The notes below the pieces were generated by a model. That model did no database searches. It worked only from the letters and a program-made list of their open reading frames with translations, and was not told the DNA's origin. Below are positions 1-12,199 of a DNA stretch of 46,693 nt, in pieces (position 1 is the first letter of the stretch; each line of letters begins with the position of its first letter). The stretch is from Octopus bimaculoides. Its lineage: Eukaryota. Both the position numbers and the translations under genes were made by a program. The stretch lies in the NCBI RefSeq assembly GCF_001194135.2, contig NC_068982.1, forward strand, positions 111,660,760 through 111,707,452. The letters run 5' to 3'.

Positions 1-999
1 GAACAATATGGCCACACCATCTCAATTGGTTCCTCAAAATCATGGCTTTAATTGAGGGGATGCCTACAGATGCAAGGATATCTGTGTTTGGAGTAAAAGA
101 ATTCCATTTAATTCTTAAAATATGACGAAGGCATTTTTGGTGGAATTTTTCTAACATTTTAAAATGCCTTTCATAACAGGTCCAAGTTTCACAGGAATAC
201 AATAGGGATGTTAAGACAAATGATTTGTAAAGAGCCAGCTTTGTATTGTTATTTATATGTCGCTGGCGCCAGACGCGTGACTCCAAGCCACCAAATGCTT
301 TTGCTGCCCTTTGAATTCGCAGGTGTATTTCCGTATATATATATATATACACATAAATACATACATACATGCATACACACACATATAAACACATTTGCAC
401 ACATACATATATATAAATATATAGAAAATGCAAATTCGTAAATATAATATTTACTCTTTTTTAAGTTTTGGCATTCAACTAGATACAAGAATGGTCAATC
501 CTTTCTTTTACTTCTTATCAGATTAATATTAGCCAAATATTAAAAGTTGGCTTTAATTCAAATTTGTTAAATGACAATGTGAGATCTTATGTTTTGAAGG
601 TTTCTGCAAAACAACAGTTATATTTATAGATTAATCATGAAAGACAACTCATTTCTGTTATAAAGTGGAAATAAAATACAACATAAAAGTCATGGAAAAA
701 TTTCATCTGAATTCCAACATAATGATAGATGAACCTATAAACCATATGAACCTATGGCTTTCAAATCTATAACTTACTTGAAGTTGTCTTGAAATTTCTA
801 ACACTTTGGTTGTAAAAACACTGCGCAACATGAACTGTTCATGGGTCAAAGATAAAAGTTAAGGAAAAATCTTAAATATACGGGTATTTCGAGGTTGGTA
901 GTGTGTTAGAAACATTAGAAGTTTAGAATATGTGCCGTGCAATAGCTGAGCTTATATCTCAGTATCTCTGTTTCGATATATGTTCGTAATAGATATATA

Positions 1000-1430
1000 G
1001 ACACACTACTGGCGTAGAAAAATGTCCTGTATTTTCCTTCACAAAGTAGTGACCATGCTGTGCAGCCTAACACACTGGGCCATTAAATTCAAATTCCAGT
1101 TCTTTGAGTGGATTTATTGAAGTTCTTGCTGTTGTATGTATTCCAGCTAGATTTCTATTCATTCCTTGCTCACGTGGTAATGGTTTTCGCGTAATCATTG
1201 ACTCGATGGTGTTCAAGTTTGATATCAGCAGCATATGTTTGATCAGTATGTAAAAGTATCTTTAATATTCTGGAATATTGGTAACCCTCTCATTGACTCA
1301 CTGTATCCGACTTTTGACATACCTACATCAAAGAGTTTTGTTATATCACAAGTTAGTAAGAGAGTACAGTATTATTTTTACCTGCTAGGAATAACAACTA
1401 ACTGTCCTTCAAACAAACTCCTTACTGGTT
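1000..1430 (-). pseudogene. Possible Helitron helicase remnant
   Basis: Minus-strand NTIESMIT...GIHTTARTSINP...FEF...PVC resembles NVIEAxIxT..G..V.IPRI.L.P...F.F.R.QFPV. Weak. Confidence 0.3.
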
Positions 1431-2139
1431 GAAAACATAAAAGTACATCTTACATTATGTAATTATAGATATATTACAAGGGAATGATGGAACGCCGGAG
1501 AATAATACCTAAAAGGAAACCTTAATGTGGTCACCTGACTCAATAGAAATATTAGCGGAATTCCCTGTAATCACACCAAATGTCTTGAAAAAAGAATAGA
1601 CTCAGTGGGCTACAAAAAATAAAGACAGAGCTACAAACACACGCATAAACAGGCTGTACAGTGTGCACAGCATACCTAAATATACAAATAAGATGGGATG
1701 GTCAGAGTTGGAATACCTTTGGTCATATGCCTGCTTAATCAAAACCAACCAGTAATGTTTATTTACGGACGTTAACTTCTACATTCAAATCTAAGTATAC
1801 TTTGCCTCCCAGTTCAGTAGAATAAGTATCACTACTATATAATGCATCTCTATTATACTAAGAGTCGTTTTAATCTATCATACTTCTTCCCTATAAAGGC
1901 AAACACACACATACATACACATACTTAATTATAAATAATCTTTTGGTACCATGGCTGCTGAACAGAAAAGGTAGAACATATTGGACTGTAAAAGGAATGA
2001 GCGATGAGAAGACTAACGAGAAAACTGAGACCAGTTCTGTTGCTGTGATAGAATAAGGGACCGTAACCATTAAGCTAACACCTGGAATCTGAGAAAACTG
2101 GTGATGGTCTGTATCAGCAAGGGTTAGCAGTTCCTACTA

Positions 2140-2385
2140 AAGTTGAAGACCCACGGAGGTCGACTTTCCCTTTCATCCATTCGTGGTCGATAAAATAAGT
2201 AACAATTGAACACTGAGATCGAGGTAGTCGATTTACCCCCACCCCCTGAAAATGGTGGCCTTGTGCCAAAATTTGAAACCACTATTAAAGTTGAAAATCT
2301 ACCGAGGTCGACTTTGCTTTTCGTCATTTCGGAGTCAATAAAATAAGTGCCAGTTTAGGTCAATTTTGATTGACTAGCCTTTATA
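2140..2385 (+). mobile_element. Two tandem 5'-truncated short-SINE copies
   Basis: The core gaggtcgacttt...gtcgataaaataagt occurs at ~2155 and again at ~2303. Confidence 0.75.
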
Positions 2386-2699
2386 ATCAAACGTTTTCAG
2401 TCCATGACCTGCCCGTCTTTGTTTGCGATCGTGACCAGAACTATATTATTCTACACATCTCTTTTTATGACAATAGAATGCGATTTGAAAGAAATTTGGG
2501 TGCTATTTCTAGTAAGTTGAGAAACTAGTCAATGGTCTTCTGTTTGTCTCACGGTATTTGCATTTTTAGCTTTCCTTAGTTAGTCAGAGTTTTGAATCCT
2601 AGTATGAGAACGCATAAACTATGGTAAAGTTATTTAGAATGGCATCCAATGGAAATCATTACGATCAGTGTTTAAAAGAACATGTAGATAGTCTGAGAA

Positions 2700-3560
2700 T
2701 GGCGTTATGAGTGCGGTAAGAGACAGTTATTGTGAATATAGAGAGTGGAAATGAGACAAGTGTTCGTAATGTAGTAAGTATAGTAGTAAGTATAAGAGAG
2801 AAAGAAACATGTTTTGAATGTTGGAGAGTAGAGATGACGTAAGCATCCTGAGTGATAGACAGTGGAAGTGAGGGTACATGTTTAGAATTAGTCAGTCTTG
2901 TTAATCGTTATAAGCAACTCTACTAATAGACATACATTGAGCACGTATCTCTGATCTACTCACCAAACTCAGAACACTTCGTCTCAGCCACTCTCAGTAC
3001 TCACTGAATCACATCTCCCTAAAATTTGTACTAAAAATTTATCTTAACTATTTTTCACAACTATCCTCTGTTTATTGCGTAGATGATCACCTGGTTTTGG
3101 TTGCTGGAAGAGTCTTTTCTAGAGGTCTACATGGACCAGATATCAAGTGTAGTGGAGCAAATGTGACAGACAGTGCGAACAGATTAAAACAGGTATAAGC
3201 TATGTATAGCTCAGTCAGGGGCGGAAGAGCCTTTTTATGATATCCGAGAAGATATCATATAAATGGTGAGCTGAGCTGACAGGGGTACTGGTCGTAACGG
3301 GCACTACTAAAGACAGGCCTTTTAATATCAAGGCTGATCTAAAGACAATATGTTGATTCTCCTCATGGATATCGCTGATAGGTTGGGTATTTTACCTGGA
3401 TGAATACACAAGGGAGCTTTACGTGATCATTTGGCCTACATAAAACATATCTCAAATTACATTCTACTATCAGGGAGTCCCTATAGCGAGAGAATATCAG
3501 TTGATAATATTTAGTATTGGAAAAGTCGGGGAGTTGTCAGGATCTCTAGTGTGATGGATA
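2700..3560 (-). pseudogene. Degraded LINE APE-domain remnant
   Basis: ILGE...EWLR (~2975-3030) and NxLTxI-like motifs on the minus strand; heavily mutated. Confidence 0.4.
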
Positions 3561-3609
3561 AAATTCTTTCGTTACTGTCCCTTAGGTCTATCTACAGAAT
3601 TTAATTACT

Positions 3610-3940
3610 AACCTGTTGTTCTCAGTTCATTTCTTCAAGGGTCGATAAAATAAATGCCAGTCAAGTACTGGGTTTGCTATAATCGATTCCACCTTCCCCT
3701 AACATTTTTAACCTTGTGCCAATGTTAGAAATCAACATTTATCATGGGATTGGCACAGTCGTTGTGGTATTCAGTTAGATGCTTTTTACTCTGCGTTCAA
3801 CCACACAGAGGCTAACATTAGTTCTCATCCTTTGTGGATCGATAAAATAAAGTATTAGTCAAGTAGTGGGCTCGATTTAATCGACTATACCTTCCCCAAA
3901 ATTTTGTGGCTTTTTACCAAAGTTCTAAATTAATATTTAC
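3610..3940 (+). mobile_element. Two degraded short-SINE copies
   Basis: gggtcgataaaataaatgccag (~3640) and gatcgataaaataaagtattag (~3837), each followed by aatcga...ccttcccc and a tail-like sequence. Confidence 0.6.
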
Positions 3941-4172
3941 CATGCAAGAAAGAATACGGATGAGTCGAAGAATGTGGAGTATTAAGGTGAAGATATATTG
4001 TAGGAATCACATTATAAGAAGCGAAAATAGATTTATAAAAATTTTGAAATAAAATGCTACAAGTGAATTGACCTTATACTTTATAAACAGGAATAATTCA
4101 AGTTGTCTTGAAGAACTTCTACCTGAACACTTCCATAGAATTACAGAAGAAAGTCACGAAGCGAAGAATCAC

Positions 4173-4227
<55 letters not shown>

Positions 4228-6308
4228 CAGAAGAAGAGAAGGCGGGTGAGAGAGATTATGGTTGGTTGGGAGAAAGCCACAATGTAAGAATTGAAAGCTG
4301 CCTCCACCTTTTTTTAGTGAAAGGTTATTGTGCTGATGGTGATGTTTAGTGCTGGGTTAATTCTGGTCAAGTATACCTATGATCAAAAGCGTTCCACTTG
4401 TGACCATTCCAGCTTTTCTTTATGAAGCAGTGTATCTATGAATACGTTATCCAAAGTGTCCTTCCTTATTTAAGACGACAGTGTAATTTGAGGTAAATTC
4501 TGCAGTTATTTATAATAACCGAATATTCACGCAGATGTTCACTCATTGGCTTGGTTAAGTACCAGTACCAGTAATATAATTAGACCGAATTAATCATTGT
4601 GCTACCCGCCAAAAAGAAAAACAAAATGTCCTTGTACCAATATTAGAAATTATTCACTTTCATTCTTAGGACTAAACTCCACCAGTTTTCAGTCTTGTTT
4701 TAGCTATTAAACCGTAACAATTCAAATCAAACATGAGTTCCATGCTCATACAACAATCAAACTTGCCATTTATAGAAGTTAATTAAATATTAGCATGAAA
4801 ATTAATTAAACATTTAATCGTTTACTTCATACCCACACTTTGAAACGAACTCAAAAATCAGTAGAACAACAAATATATTAATAATAGCTACAAAGGGTAA
4901 ATAAGAATCTGAAACAGGTTATTCATGATCGGCATATCTTTGTGCATAGATCCGCTTGAGTTGGACTGAACGGCTGATGATGGTGGTTGTGGTGGCTAAA
5001 CAGCAATAACGAAAAAAACTGGAAAGGTGAGAAGCAAAGTCGGTTGCATTGTAACTGGAAACATAAAGGGCGTTCGTAATTAAATCTTAGGCCTGTCATT
5101 AGTTTCCGGCTCATTAATCTGTAGCTTATCCTGGTTTCCATGGGGGTATAAGCTACTAAGAGTACAATACTGCTTCCCCCAACTGAGCGAGGCACCAACT
5201 TGTCGCAAGTTTACTACCCCACTGGTTGCTGCTGGTACTCATTTTCAGTGGAGTAAATTGGGATAATGTGAAATGAAATGTTTTGTCCAAGGACACAGCT
5301 CGTCTACCGATCTGAAAATTGAAACTTACGATTGTGGGTTCACTACCTCTAGCCACTAGACATCATTGAATGCTAAGAGGTTTTCAATCCATCACTTTTA
5401 CTGTTTTGCCATTCATTACTATCTAGGAAAGAACAAGAGGAGGAAAATAAAGATCAAGTAAACTTTAAATGAAAGTACATAGATTCATCAATTCAGAGAA
5501 GCAGACGTTGTGTTGTGGTTGAGTGTGGTTGATAGCGTTGTATACAGGTGTCGAATTGGCAGAATGGTCAGAGAGTTAGATAGAAAGTGTTTCAGTATTT
5601 TCCTTGACTTTCTGATTTCGGAGTTAAAATTCCACTGAAGTAAATATTACCATTCAGCATTTCAGGGTCGATAAAGATGTATAAATTCAGGTTGGCAGAT
5701 TGGAGGAATTATTTAAAAGATTGGATAAGAGGACCTTCCTTTATTTCTTTCGGCTCTTTGCGTTCTGACAGCAGCAGAGCTTGCGATTAAATTGTCGGTC
5801 CAAGCTGGTGGCCGTTTTTTTAAAATAAACAACGACAGTGTAGAGAGGGAAATTGCATGAAAGGACAACTGCTAGTCTTCTTTAAAAATTCACGCTCAAT
5901 CCTGCGCATATATGTGCAGATGCACATGTTTGACCTTGACTGATGGAGGCCTCACATAAAATACATTTTGGTGGTTGTCTGTATTTACATTTTTAAAAAC
6001 TTTTTATGGCTTAGTCAGGGGAGGAAGAAACTTCGAAACTTTTAGGAGGAAGGAAGAAAGTTATCTTTAGAGCAGAGACTTCCCCCAAATAGTTTTGACA
6101 GGTTTGACTCCAATAAAACCACCCAAAGGCCAGGTGATGGTGATAAATTGGGTGACAGACATCTACCACCCACTAACTAAATAATCCTGTTAGTTTTCAT
6201 GCATATTATCGTATATTTCTCAGTTTATCTGTTGCATCTTCATTTAATCAACTGTAATCAAATTCTTAACAGGGTGTTCACTGAACATTAGCAAATAAGC
6301 ATTAGGTT

Positions 6309-6700
6309 TTGTTGTTGTTGTTGGCACTCCGTCGCTTACGACGTCCAGGGTTCCAGTTGATCCGATCAACGGAACAGCCTGCTCGTGAAATTAACGTGCA
6401 AGTGGCTGAACACTCCACAGACACGTGTACCCTTAACGTAGTTCTTGGGGATATTCAGCGTGACACAGTGTGACAAGGCTGACCCTTTGAATTACAGGCA
6501 CAACAGAAACAGGAAGTATGAGTGAGAGAAAGTTGTGGTGAAAGAGTACAGCAGGGTTCGCCACCATCGCCTGCCGGAGCCTCGTGGAACTTCAGGTGTT
6601 TTCGCTCAATAAACACTCACAACGCCCGGTCTGGGAATCGAAACCGCGATCCTATGACCGCGAGTCCGCTGCCCTAACCACTGGGCCATTGCGCCTCCAC
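6309..6700 (-). mobile_element. ~390-bp tRNA-derived SINE with (CAA)n tail, full length
   Basis: Minus-strand head has A box TGGCCCAGTGGTTAGG and B box GGTTTCGATTCC. The tail is (CAA)n. A 13-bp TSD taagcattaggtt lies at 6296-6308 and 6701-6713. A near-identical copy is at 19043-19427. Confidence 0.9.
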
Positions 6701-7920
6701 TAAGCATTAGGTTAAGAGAAGACGAATCAACGATTTCTTTTCCAATTGTAACTATTTCACTTCAGGTACGCCACTAACACTAATATTACGGAGAGAGGTA
6801 TGAACATTCTTATACCTAAGTTAGGACTAGTTTAAAAGCCATGGGTTTCTTAGAGTGTCTTATTAAAAAATGAAAATCTAATTTTCCTCTCTCCTGTAAT
6901 CAATTAATCGAACTCCTTTATCCTTTTGTCTCTACGAGAGAAGATACACGAGCGAACCTCAGATGGAATCGCTTTACTTGCTAGAAATAGCAACTAAATC
7001 TGCTTCAAACCACAACTTACTCATAAAAAGTAATGAATATATTGAATAATATAGTTTTAAAGGCAATATGACTAAAAATAAGATGATGGGATGGCTACGG
7101 CTGGAATCCTTTTTACTATAAATCGGCTCAGTCAGGGTAGACATATGCTAAGCAATGACATAGAAAGTAACCAGCCATGGTATAAACTCTTAGTGGTTAA
7201 TCGACTGGCTAGAAATAATAGCTAAATTTCCCTTAAATCACACTCAACTGTATTAAAATAAATATCTGACACTATAAGGGGTAATATAATATTAGATAAA
7301 GGATGCTTGAAAGCCAAATATGTGTTCGTTACAAGAACGTTTTGGACATAGGCCCACTGTTTCAGGACCGACAGTAAGTTTCAATACTAATCAGCATCAC
7401 CAGCAGCACCATGCTATATTGAAGCAATTTTCCTTTTTCTTTTTTTAGGCAAAAAACCCCCAGTCAATTCCATTAACCCTCAGACTATCTGCCAAATTTA
7501 GTTCGTTTTTATGTATTTTCTGAACGATACTTTCTGTAATTCCTTAGTTTGTTATTGTTTGATTATCACCAATTCAGTTTTGATCTAATAAAAATGGCTC
7601 ACTGTATTCTTGCCGTAACCATTCCATCTTCTTTATACCCACTGTTACATCGCAGAGGAGCGGTGAGTTGGAAGAGTCATTTGATCGTCGGATAAAACTC
7701 TTTGCAGCATTTGTTCCTACTCTCTGTACTTTGTGTTCAACTCCTGTCGGGGTCAGCTTTATTTTTCATTCTTGCGGGGTCGATCAATGAATCTAGGACT
7801 GTGGCTTAGCGAAATTGTTAAGCGATATGTTCTGGCTTTTCACTTTCTGATGGCAAAACCTACAAGGTGCCACGCTGTGTCAAACCTTGCCTTCCTAAGG
7901 GCAATATTAAGAGGGGAGAG

Positions 7921-8134
7921 AAGGTGACGAGTTGACAGAATCGTTAGCACGCTAGGCAACATGCTTAGCAGCATTTCGTCCGTCTTCACGTTCTGAGTTC
8001 AGATTCCGCAGAAGTTGACTTTGCCTTTCATCCTTTCGAGGTCGATAAAATAAGTACCAGTGGAACACTGGGGTTGATATAAATCGACTTAAACCCTCCT
8101 CTGAACTTGTTGCTCTTGAGTCAAAGTTTGAAAT
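7921..8134 (+). mobile_element. ~210-230-bp tRNA-derived SINE (most abundant family here), with TSD
   Basis: A-box-like gagttgacagaatcgttag, B-box gagttcagattcc, core gactttgcctttcatcctttcgaggtcgataaaataagtacc. Direct repeat caatattaagagg at 7902-7914 and 8135-8147. Confidence 0.85.
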
Positions 8135-8549
8135 CAATATTAAGAGGAGAGAGAGAGAGAGCGAGAGAGAGAGGAGAATTGCATGTATAGTCTATTGTTT
8201 GTGCTTACATAAATGTGTGATTATAATTGTACATGTGTATACAGATGTACCGTTATTATTCGGTTTCAAGTTAAGGCTAGCTGAAAGATGGAGAATACTA
8301 TTTCTTTTATGTAGAGACTCATAAATTGATTTGTTTTTGTTTTAACATCTGACTTCAAGAAGTAACGTATGTAGAATGGTCTGTTCGACTGACCTTGTAT
8401 ACAGAGTTGTCTATATTCCAAGTGGCGTTTTGAGTAGACTAAGTCTTTTTCTGTTGACGGTAATGTGTGTAGAATGAAACTATAATTTGTTAACAACTGC
8501 GAGTGTAGAATGAAGCTGACTGGTTAGGTACGCCTATTGTCGCATAATT

Positions 8550-8830
8550 CTCTCTATTATAGGCATAAAGCCTGAAATTTTGGGGGAAGGCCAGATAGTT
8601 ATTTTAAGGATGAAGGGCAAAGTCGACCTCGACAGAATATGAACGAAGATCTTAAACTGCTGGAACAAATACCGCCAAGCATTTTGTTCGACGAGCTAAC
8701 GATTCTACTGGCTCGCTACCTTGCCTATTGATCTTATCTACTGTAGATACAAGGCCTGAGATTTTGGAGGAAAGGGTTAGTTGATTATATCGACCCCAGT
8801 GCCTGACTGGTACTTATTTTATCATCCCCC
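8550..8830 (-). mobile_element. Degraded short-SINE copies (two partial)
   Basis: Reverse-complement core ggatgaagggcaaagtcgacctcg (~8610); a second tail and body at ~8735-8830. Confidence 0.65.
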
Positions 8831-9230
8831 AAATCTATTGATACATAATAGCACTATAATAACTAATATAATTTGCATGTTAAATTTAACCGAGGGTGTG
8901 AGTTCGATTGCGGCCATGAGACGAAATGTAGCTTACCTATTTTCAGGTGATATTTATTACAAATTAACAATGTTAAAAATTAACCTCATTCCTTACTGCT
9001 TTCTTTTATTCTTTTACTGATCTCAGTCACTGGCCTGGGGCACCACACTAACGGGTTTAGTCAATCATATCGACCCCACTACTTATTCCAGTCTGGTGGT
9101 TATTTTATCGATTGTATTTGTTGAAGTGTAAAGTTACGGGACATAAAGAGACACAATATAAATAAAAAACCGGTTTCAAGATTGGTACCGGTGCAGCAAA
9201 AGCACAAACACATCTAACGATACTAGCATA

Positions 9231-9275
<45 letters not shown>

Positions 9276-9399
9276 ACATGTATACGTTTAAACACACCTA
9301 CAAATATACACAGACGTTTATCCATTCACACACATACACACATACACACAAATACATGCATACGCTTATGCACACCTACAATCACACACAGACATTCCA

Positions 9400-9450
<51 letters not shown>

Positions 9451-9623
9451 TCCTTTGACACACACACACAGAGCCTACAAACACACACAGATGTCTATCC
9501 ATTCACACACACACACATGCACACATACTCACTTGCCCAAGGTTCAATTTGGAGGGATCAAAACCAGAACAACATTCTTAACAACATTTCTTAAGTGTAA
9601 TTAATATTTATTAACTTCGTTAC

Positions 9624-9812
9624 GGTGGCGAGCTGGCAGAAACGTTAGCACGACGTTCTGAGTTCAAATTTTGCCCGGCTTTCGACTTAATCTTTCACCC
9701 TTTCGGGAGTCAATAAAATAAGTACCAGTTGGGTATCAAGAGTTGATGTAATCGACTTAGTCCCTCCCTCCCTCAAAGTTGGTGGTCTTGTGCCAAAATT
9801 TGAAGTCAATAT
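9624..9812 (+). mobile_element. Short tRNA-derived SINE copy abutting the Helentron 5' end
   Basis: ggtggcgagctggcagaaacgttagc head, gagttcaaatt B box, tail ggtcttgtgccaaaatttgaagtcaatatt. Confidence 0.85.
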
Positions 9813-10925
9813 TTATTTACTTCCGCCAAGGGAGGAAGTTATGTTTTCATCGGCATTGGTTTGTCTGTCTGTCCCTCTGTCTGTCCCTCTGTGTGCAAAA
9901 TAACTCAAAAGGTTGTGAACGGTATTTAATGAAACTTGCAAGGAAAGTTGGTAATGACACAAGGAACAGATGATGAAATTTTGGTAGTGTCCAGGAATTT
10001 TTATATATCCTTGAAGGATTTTTCATTTGTTATATTTACTTTAGATGAAGTATTACAATGTTACGTTGTTTGAAGTCTTTCTCTGATTATCTCCCTTGAA
10101 AACACGTTCATGGTTTTCACGTAACCTATAGTGGCATTGCTGTTTCCAAAGTTTTATTTTCGTTTCTCTATTAGTAATTTTACTCGCGTGTCTATCTTAC
10201 TAGAAACTGATGGATAAAGAGATCAAACTGCATAAACAAACGGCAGCGAAACAGTTCAGAAACTAAATGACACTAACATATTCAAGGGTTGCTAAAAGCA
10301 GCAGCAGAGGAGGAGGCAGTGGTAGCAACAACTGACGCTGGACCCTTGAGGGATGATTGATACTATACTGAACACAGAGTGATGTAAAGTAGGTAGGTAG
10401 GTTTGGTTTGGTAAGTAGACAGATACCTCTTTTAAAAGTAGCTTATATTGAAAACTGTTCATACTGACCTGACTAGTAGTTGAAAACAACTGATAGAGAA
10501 CTACACACACAACTCCAGTTGTGTCTAAGAATAATCTTTTCTACTATAGACACAAGGCCTGAAATTAATCATTTTCTGAAACACTTTCACTTGCACTAGA
10601 CTCACACACACCATCACTTGCAGACATGATCACTAATACACCAGCACTTGTAGATGGAGTAGTATATTTCTTTTTAAAAAAGAAGTCTAGAGTTATTTGC
10701 TTAAAAGAAGCTTTGTTTCGCTCTCTATACATTTCTCAGTAACGCGCAGAACCATTTGTTATGGTAGTAGAAACTATTGCACTTTATTCACAATTTCACA
10801 TACTTGAATCCTGTGCTTGAAAAATATAACTTGTAAAAGAGCTTCAGTAAGACACCAGCTGATCTTACAGGAGTGACTTATCAGATAGTAGGCCTACTTT
10901 GGAAAAACATTCAACCACAGCAGTC

Positions 10926-12074
10926 ATGCCTCCCTCTAGATCTAAAAGTGTGGAGCAACGAAAGAAAGAAAATGCAGAGCGCATGAAAAGGAAAAGGCAG
11001 GAAGAAGCACCAGCGGCTGCCGACAGTCGCCGTGCGACTGACAGTGTACAAAGCGAAGACATAGGGAAAACGAAACGCCGGAGGCTGCGGAGATTCACCG
11101 TGCGAGTGACAATGCATTATCCCTCTTCTGAAACTGTGATTACTCGCCAGCCTGACGCAGACGACTTTATGTTTGCAAAGCTCATGCTCAACGCTAAAGC
11201 AGATATCTTCAAAAAAGTCAGCGATGTCATGGAAGACAAGGATGTTCCCGAGGATACTTCCTTCGAAGATTTCCTGCAAAAGGCTGATGTCAACCCGCAG
11301 TGTGTGGGGAAACTAGTGAAATCGGAGAAACAGGTGGTGTTGAAGCTTCAACCTTCAGAAAGGTGGATCAACCAGTATAATCCGAAGATCCTCAAAACTT
11401 GGTGTGCCAACATGGACCTGCAGTTCATCATGGACCCATACTCGTGCATCATGTACATCACCAGTTACATGATGAAACGTGAGAGGGCTATGAGTGAACT
11501 GCTGAAAAAAGTAGCTGAAGAAAGCAGAGGTGAAGACTTGAAATCAAAACTGAGAAAAGTAGGATCAGTTTTTCTGAACAACAGAGAAGTTAGTGCTCAG
11601 GGGGCTGCTTACAGGATCCTTTCCCTGCCATTGAAGAGGGCTAGTCGAAAAGTGGTGTTTATCAACACTGCACCAAAAGACAAACGTGTGTCAATGCTTA
11701 AGCCGCAGAAGATCCTCCAAGGTATGGACGAAGACGATGAAGATATCTTTTGTACGTCACCTCTTGATCTCTATGCCATGCGACCTGATGTTCTCGAAGA
11801 TATGTGCTTTGCAGAATTTGCAGCCACTTACACAACTGGAGGAAAAGATGCTCCTGATGATGCAGCTGACCACATCTCTGATTCCCTTAACCATGAGATC
11901 TTGACAACTATGAACCAGTTTGGGTTCGACCAACTAGTCCAAAATCCCACCACCGACTATGGAAGCCTTCTAGATCATGTTTACGTGAACCAGGATCGGT
12001 GTCCACAAGTCACCGTAACCGACTGTTACTTTTCGACTATGATGTTGTGTGTGTATCACTCAAGTTTTAGGTAA
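10926..12074 (+). CDS. Helentron Rep/endonuclease deletion-fusion ORF (non-functional transposase derivative, helicase absent)
   Basis: ATG at 10926 (the track's 10899 start is TTG). WINQYNPKILKTWCANMDLQFIMDPYSCIMYITSYMMK matches the Helitron2 Rep region including the YxxxYxxK tyrosine motif. REVSAQGAAYRILSLPL follows. GFDQLVQNPTTDYGSLLDHVYVN matches the C-terminus of an APE/EEP endonuclease. Confidence 0.8.
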   Translation: MPPSRSKSVEQRKKENAERMKRKRQEEAPAAADSRRATDSVQSEDIGKTKRRRLRRFTVRVTMHYPSSETVITRQPDADDFMFAKLMLNAKADIFKKVSDVMEDKDVPEDTSFEDFLQKADVNPQCVGKLVKSEKQVVLKLQPSERWINQYNPKILKTWCANMDLQFIMDPYSCIMYITSYMMKRERAMSELLKKVAEESRGEDLKSKLRKVGSVFLNNREVSAQGAAYRILSLPLKRASRKVVFINTAPKDKRVSMLKPQKILQGMDEDDEDIFCTSPLDLYAMRPDVLEDMCFAEFAATYTTGGKDAPDDAADHISDSLNHEILTTMNQFGFDQLVQNPTTDYGSLLDHVYVNQDRCPQVTVTDCYFSTMMLCVYHSSFR

Positions 12075-12199
12075 TTGTTGTTTCTTTTTAGTTGTATGGT
12101 GAAGCCAGCTTGCTGTTGTCATTGATGTATTATAACTGCTTCAGATGATTCCTGCTTTTAGAGGGTTTAAAAAAAAAAAAATCATATGGCTGTGTTATT

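Noticed and set aside
5903-5920. Near-palindrome ctgcgcatatatgtgcag
   Set aside because: It is short and isolated, and expected by chance in TA/CA-rich DNA.
6625-6700. tRNA gene (also 19350-19427)
   Set aside because: A and B boxes are present, but the acceptor and anticodon stems do not pair properly and the sequence continues into a SINE body with tail and TSD.
10911-11279. Antisense 122-aa ORF overlapping the Helentron ORF
   Set aside because: It is a shadow frame of a coding sequence with no independent motif.
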